Part shown: positions 59,828 through 64,000 of the stretch, one piece after another
Numbering within the stretch: position 1 is the first letter of the stretch
Layout of the letters: the number at the start of each line of letters is the position of its first letter
Assembly (NCBI GenBank): GCA_965240325.2
Contig: OZ251235.1
Coordinates: 1,426,001-1,490,000, forward strand
Source of the DNA: Rebecca billardiae RCC1528
Taxonomy: Eukaryota > Protista > Haptophyta
DNA: 64,000 nucleotides
Direction: 5' to 3'
Program-made: the position numbers and the translations under genes
The notes under the pieces: model-generated
What the model was told of the DNA's origin: nothing
What the model saw: only the letters and a program-made list of their open reading frames with translations
The model's database searches: none

Positions 59828-60401
59828 ATTCATTATTCACTATCTATATTCAGTTCAGACGACCGGCCCCGGGGGCGGGGGCGGGGCGGGGGCCGCACGG
59901 CAGCCTTATAACGATGACGACTATACAGCTTAGCAGAGAATCAGCATATATAGGGGTCACTCCCGCTGACCCGAGTGAGTCTGGCGGGCTGTGAGTGAGC
60001 ACTACAGTGCACTAGCTGAGCAGTCCGTCATCAGACACGACTCTCACGACCGATCGATATGACTACGACGCTGTTACAGTAGCGCTAGGCTACAGCATAT
60101 ATATATATCGTAGTAGTCATCGTCGCGTAGTCAGCATATCATTATCATCAGCAGTATTACTGCGTATAAATCAATAACTACGACTACTATCAAGCCGCTG
60201 ATAATGCTATATATATAGATCACTGTCAGAGACTCAGAGCAGCATCATCAAGACATCATCAAGTCACGTCGCAGGGCTCCGAGTCGCCAGTCGGCAGTCG
60301 CTGTCATTACGTACGTCGCAACGCACTACGGTAACGGTTTATAGTCGGCATCAGTTCGTTACTAGCGCATACATATATTTTCGATCATGTAGCATACACT
60401 A

Positions 60402-63400
60402 TTAAAATTCAGGTGGGGGTCCGGGCATCTGCCGGCTCGCCGGGCGCTTGGTGGCAGCGGCGCCTGCACGCGCGAGGCGGTGCGCAGGCGTCATCTTCTT
60501 GCTCGCGCCCGGCCGCGAGCGCCGGCCGGCGACGATGCCCTTTGAACGCCCCTTGGCCTTGAGCTTGCTCTCGCGCTTCTGCTGCGCCGCGTGCGAGAAC
60601 GCCGCGGGCGCCTCCTTGAGCGCGAATGCGCGCGCGATGTGCCCCAGGTGCAGGTCGCGCAGCCGGAGGATCGCCTTGGTCGCCTTGGGGTGCGCAGCGT
60701 ACGCGTTGACGAAGGCCTGGAAGGCGCGCTGCGCGAGGTCGCGCAGCTCGGCGTCCGCCGAGACCAGCCGCTCGAGCCGGTGCTGCAGCGCGACCTCAGC
60801 CTCGAAGATCCGCTGCCGCTCGTCCGAGCTGCGCCCGACGCGGCCGACGCCGCCGAGCGTCGCCTGGATCGACTCGAAGCGGACCTCCGAGAGCGCGAGG
60901 CCGCGGCCGCGCAGCAGCTCGAGGAAGCCGGTCTCGGACGGGAGGACGAAGAGCATCGCGATGCCCGCCTGGCCGATCCGCGCCGTGCGCCCGATGCGGT
61001 GCACGTACTCGGCGGCGTCCGTCGGCAGATCGAACTGCACGATCTGGCTGACTCCCTCGAGGTTGAGCCCGCGCGCCGCCACGTCCGTCGCGATCAGCAC
61101 CCCGGAGCGCGCGGCGCAGAACGCGCGCCACGCGGCCGTGCGCTCGGCCTGCGCCATCGAGCCGTGCAGCGCGTGCACGATCTCGGGGCGCAGCCCGCTC
61201 TGCTCGGCGCCCTCCTCCGCGTCAGCGCCGCCGGCCGTTCCGCCGCCGCCGCTGCTGCTGCCGCCGCCGCCGCCGCCGTCGCGGCCCGCTCCTCCGCGCT
61301 CGCGCGGCTTGGCACCCGGCCGACTCGCCGCCTCGCGCCGCATCAGAGCCGCCAGGAACTCCACCTGCAGCCCGGTGGAGACGAAGACCAGCGCCTTGGA
61401 GCTCGTGCTGTGCGCGTGGCGCATGTACGCGCGCAGCAGCGCGACCAGCAGCACGAGGCGGAGCCGCGCGGGCACCACCACGAAGTGCTGCCGCAGCTGC
61501 GACGGCGCGTGCAGCAGCTCGGCGCCCGACCCCGCCTCGCCTGCGCGCGCGCGCTCCTCGAGGAGCAGCGCGCGCAGCCCGCCGCCCGCCGAGCCGCCGC
61601 CGGCGGACACGGCATCCGCGTCGCGCGCGAGCAAGGCCGAGCGCTGAGCGGCGAGCTCTCGGCCGCGCGCAAACACGGCCGCCTCCTCGTCCTCGTCCTC
61701 GTCCTCCTTCGCCTCCTCCGCCTCCTCCGCCTCCTCCGCCTTCGCCGCCTTCGCCGCCTTCGCCGCCTTCGCCGCCTGTGCCGCCTTCGCCGCCTGTGCC
61801 GCCTTCGCGCTCTGCTTGGCATCGCGATGGCCGACGGTGCCGCGGCCGCGACTGCTCCCCGCACCACCCTCGTCCTCGCCCTCGAGCAGGCTCTCCCCGC
61901 GCTGCTTCTCCCGCCCCGCGCCGCCCGCCTCGCCGCCCTCCTCCCCGCCGCCCTCCGGGACGAGCTGCTCAGCCGCGGCGCCAAAGCCGACGCACACCGG
62001 CTGGCACAGCGCCTGCTCGGCAAGAGCCACCACGGACTCGGGCAGGGTGGCGGAGACCAGGAGGCGCTGGCAGGCGATCCCCGGCTCACGCACGCCGTCC
62101 AGCCGGCTGAGGATGCCCAGCAGCTTCTCGCCGAAGCCGAGGTCGAGCAGCCTGGGCGGCAAGGCGCGCGCGCGTGGCGACGCGAGGCACACGGGCCGAC
62201 GGCGCGAGTGCGCGGGTGTGTGATGGTGCCGTGCTGCGTGGGGCAGCTGCGGCGCGTCGCGATGGCGCGGCGCCGCGGCGTCGCACGCGCGCGCACCTGT
62301 CCGCCTCGTCGAGCACGATCACCCGCGTGCGGCTCACCTTGAGCGAGGCCGTGTGCGTCAGGTGGTCGTCCAGCCGGCCGGGCGTCGCGACGAGCGCGGT
62401 CACGCCCTTCCGGAGCCGAGCCTTCTCCGACTTGCGCTTCTCGCCGCCGACGACCGCGCCGCACACGACCCAGGGCAGCGGGCGGCAGAGGGCGCTGAGC
62501 ACGTCGAGCGTCTGCACGGCGAGCTCGCGCGTCGGCGCGAGGAGCAGCGCGAGCGTGCCGTCCTCGCGCGACACCTTCTCCACGCGCGAGCGCTCGATCA
62601 GCATGTGCACGATCGGCAGCAGGTACGCGAGCGTCTTGCCAGACCCGGTCTCGGCGCGAATGAGCACGTCGCCGCCGGCCAGCACGGCCGGGACCGCCTC
62701 GGCCTGGACGTGCGTCGGCTTGGCGAGGTGCATGTGCCCCTCGACGTGCGCCGCGAGCCGCGCGTCGATAGGCAGCGCGCCGAAGGAGCGCGCGCGCGCA
62801 AAGACGCCGGGCTCCACGGCCGCGTCCGCCGCTGGCAGGGCAGGCAGAGCGGGCGCGCGAGTCGGGTCACCGCCGCGGTCCGGCTTGGCGGCGTGCGCTG
62901 CGTGCGCGCCGTCACCCGTCGTGCCGTCGGGCGCAGCCTCGGCCGGCCGAGCACGCGCGTTGGCCCGCGGCTTTGCACTCCCTGTGCGAGGGCCCCGCAC
63001 GGCCTCGCGCTTGTGCCGGCGCGCCTCATCTGGTCCAATCGGCGGCGCTGGGTTGTCCCCGACGCGAGGCGTGTCCTGCTCGACGGCCGCTGCCTGGCGG
63101 TGCATGCCCTCGGCAATCAGCTCCCCAGACCCATCCGCACGGGGAAGAGCGCCCTCGGCACCATCGTTGTGGTGCGGTGGTGCGCGCGCCGATGCTGCCG
63201 GGCGCGATGCATGCGCAGGCGAGCCGCCGAGCCGCGGCGCAGGCTCGCTGCCGTCGGCTGCGCTCGGTGCGGCGGCTGCAGCGGCGTGCTTGGCGCGTAC
63301 GTTGCGGCGGCTGACGCCGGGTCGGCGCTGACGCTTGTTCTGCGCCTTGCTCGGCGGCGCCGCGGGCGGACCGCTGTTCACCCAGTGGACGTCCACGTCA

Positions 63401-63405
63401 TCCAT
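60402..63405 (-). CDS. DBP7: DEAD-box RNA helicase DBP7/DDX31, 2 exons (63405-62297, 62151-60402)
   Basis: AETGSGKT, PTRELA, GGEKRKSEKARLRKG (DBP7 signature), TPGRL, DEADR|LLDLGF, SAT, LHGSM, ARGL, YVHRIGRTARIG. Confidence 0.93.
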
Positions 63406-63836
63406 TGCTTGGCTGACCTCGTGACGGCCCAGTCGACGCGCGCATCTGCTGGCAGGTCCACGCGGCAGGATTCCGCCCGTCCAGGCTGGCCCCATCCTGT
63501 GGTCCTGAGCAACCGTGAGGAGCAGACGACTTATTATGAGACAAGGGGACCGCGTACAGCCCTTAGCCTGCCCGGGCCAGGCCGCGGTGCTATAGTCGTA
63601 ACACCTATGACTAGCAGTATTACGCCACACGACTGGGTGGCACGGAGCCTAAGTGCCCTGTGGTTTGCGGACCCAAGGGTGCCCTGCAGTGACTCACTCT
63701 GAACTCCAACCTCAGCGGTTCGCGGCTCGCAGCGTCGGTGCGTCAACGCAGAACGCTTACGCAGAACGGTCGGATGAAAGCAGAGTCAGTCGAGTCGAAG
63801 CACCGGCCACAACCTTTCGATCGCTCGGCGTTTCCG

Positions 63837-64000
63837 CTAGCGAGAAAGCAGCGGCCGATCCTCGGTCGTCTCGTCATGGGGATCTGCGGCCGCGGGTGGC
63901 TGCGGGGCGTGCTCGAGGTCTGAAGCGCGCATGGGCTCAGGCATGGCGAAGCTGTCGTTGTCCTTGTTCGTCCTCCGCATGGGCGCAGGGCGGTAGAAGT
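63837..64000 (-). CDS. C-terminal end of a gene extending beyond the window
   Basis: Open frame FYRPAPMRRTNKDND...DETTEDRPLLSR* ends with an acidic dileucine-like motif. Confidence 0.4.
   Translation of the reverse strand, partial: FYRPAPMRRTNKDNDSFAMPEPMRASDLEHAPQPPAAADPHDETTEDRPLLSR

Overview
This is very GC-rich, gene-dense eukaryotic genomic DNA with short introns (GTGCG/GC donors, CAG acceptors) and (TA)n/(CT)n/(GA)n microsatellites. The style suggests a haptophyte or similar alga (inference). Bases ~2172-25091 are one tandem array of about 102 monomers of 224/225 bp, with higher-order blocks and a long internal hairpin per monomer. The array starts ~40 bp upstream of a minus-strand ORF for a basic, NLS-bearing protein. 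That ORF belongs to a dispersed element family with further copies at 38.8-39.7 kb and 46.1-46.6 kb. The giant ORFs across the array are artefacts. The rest of the window holds ordinary genes: scramblase, PHAX, O-fucosyltransferase-like, MFS transporter, sulfotransferase, CLASP, COMMD3, a WD40 protein, a 4-TM protein, a CAMKK-like kinase with IQ motifs, a secreted GT-like protein and the DBP7/DDX31 helicase. Several unusual non-autonomous mobile-DNA signatures sit between them: (i) a cluster of a 42-bp tRNA-5'-half-like unit forming loopless palindromes at 40.0-41.0 kb; (ii) (TA)n-targeted elements with a covarying terminal GNA-triloop hairpin that carry gene fragments (26.5-31.5 kb); (iii) a MITE in a GA tract; (iv) a short repeat family bracketing the kinase gene. 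All calls are by eye; no database search was run.
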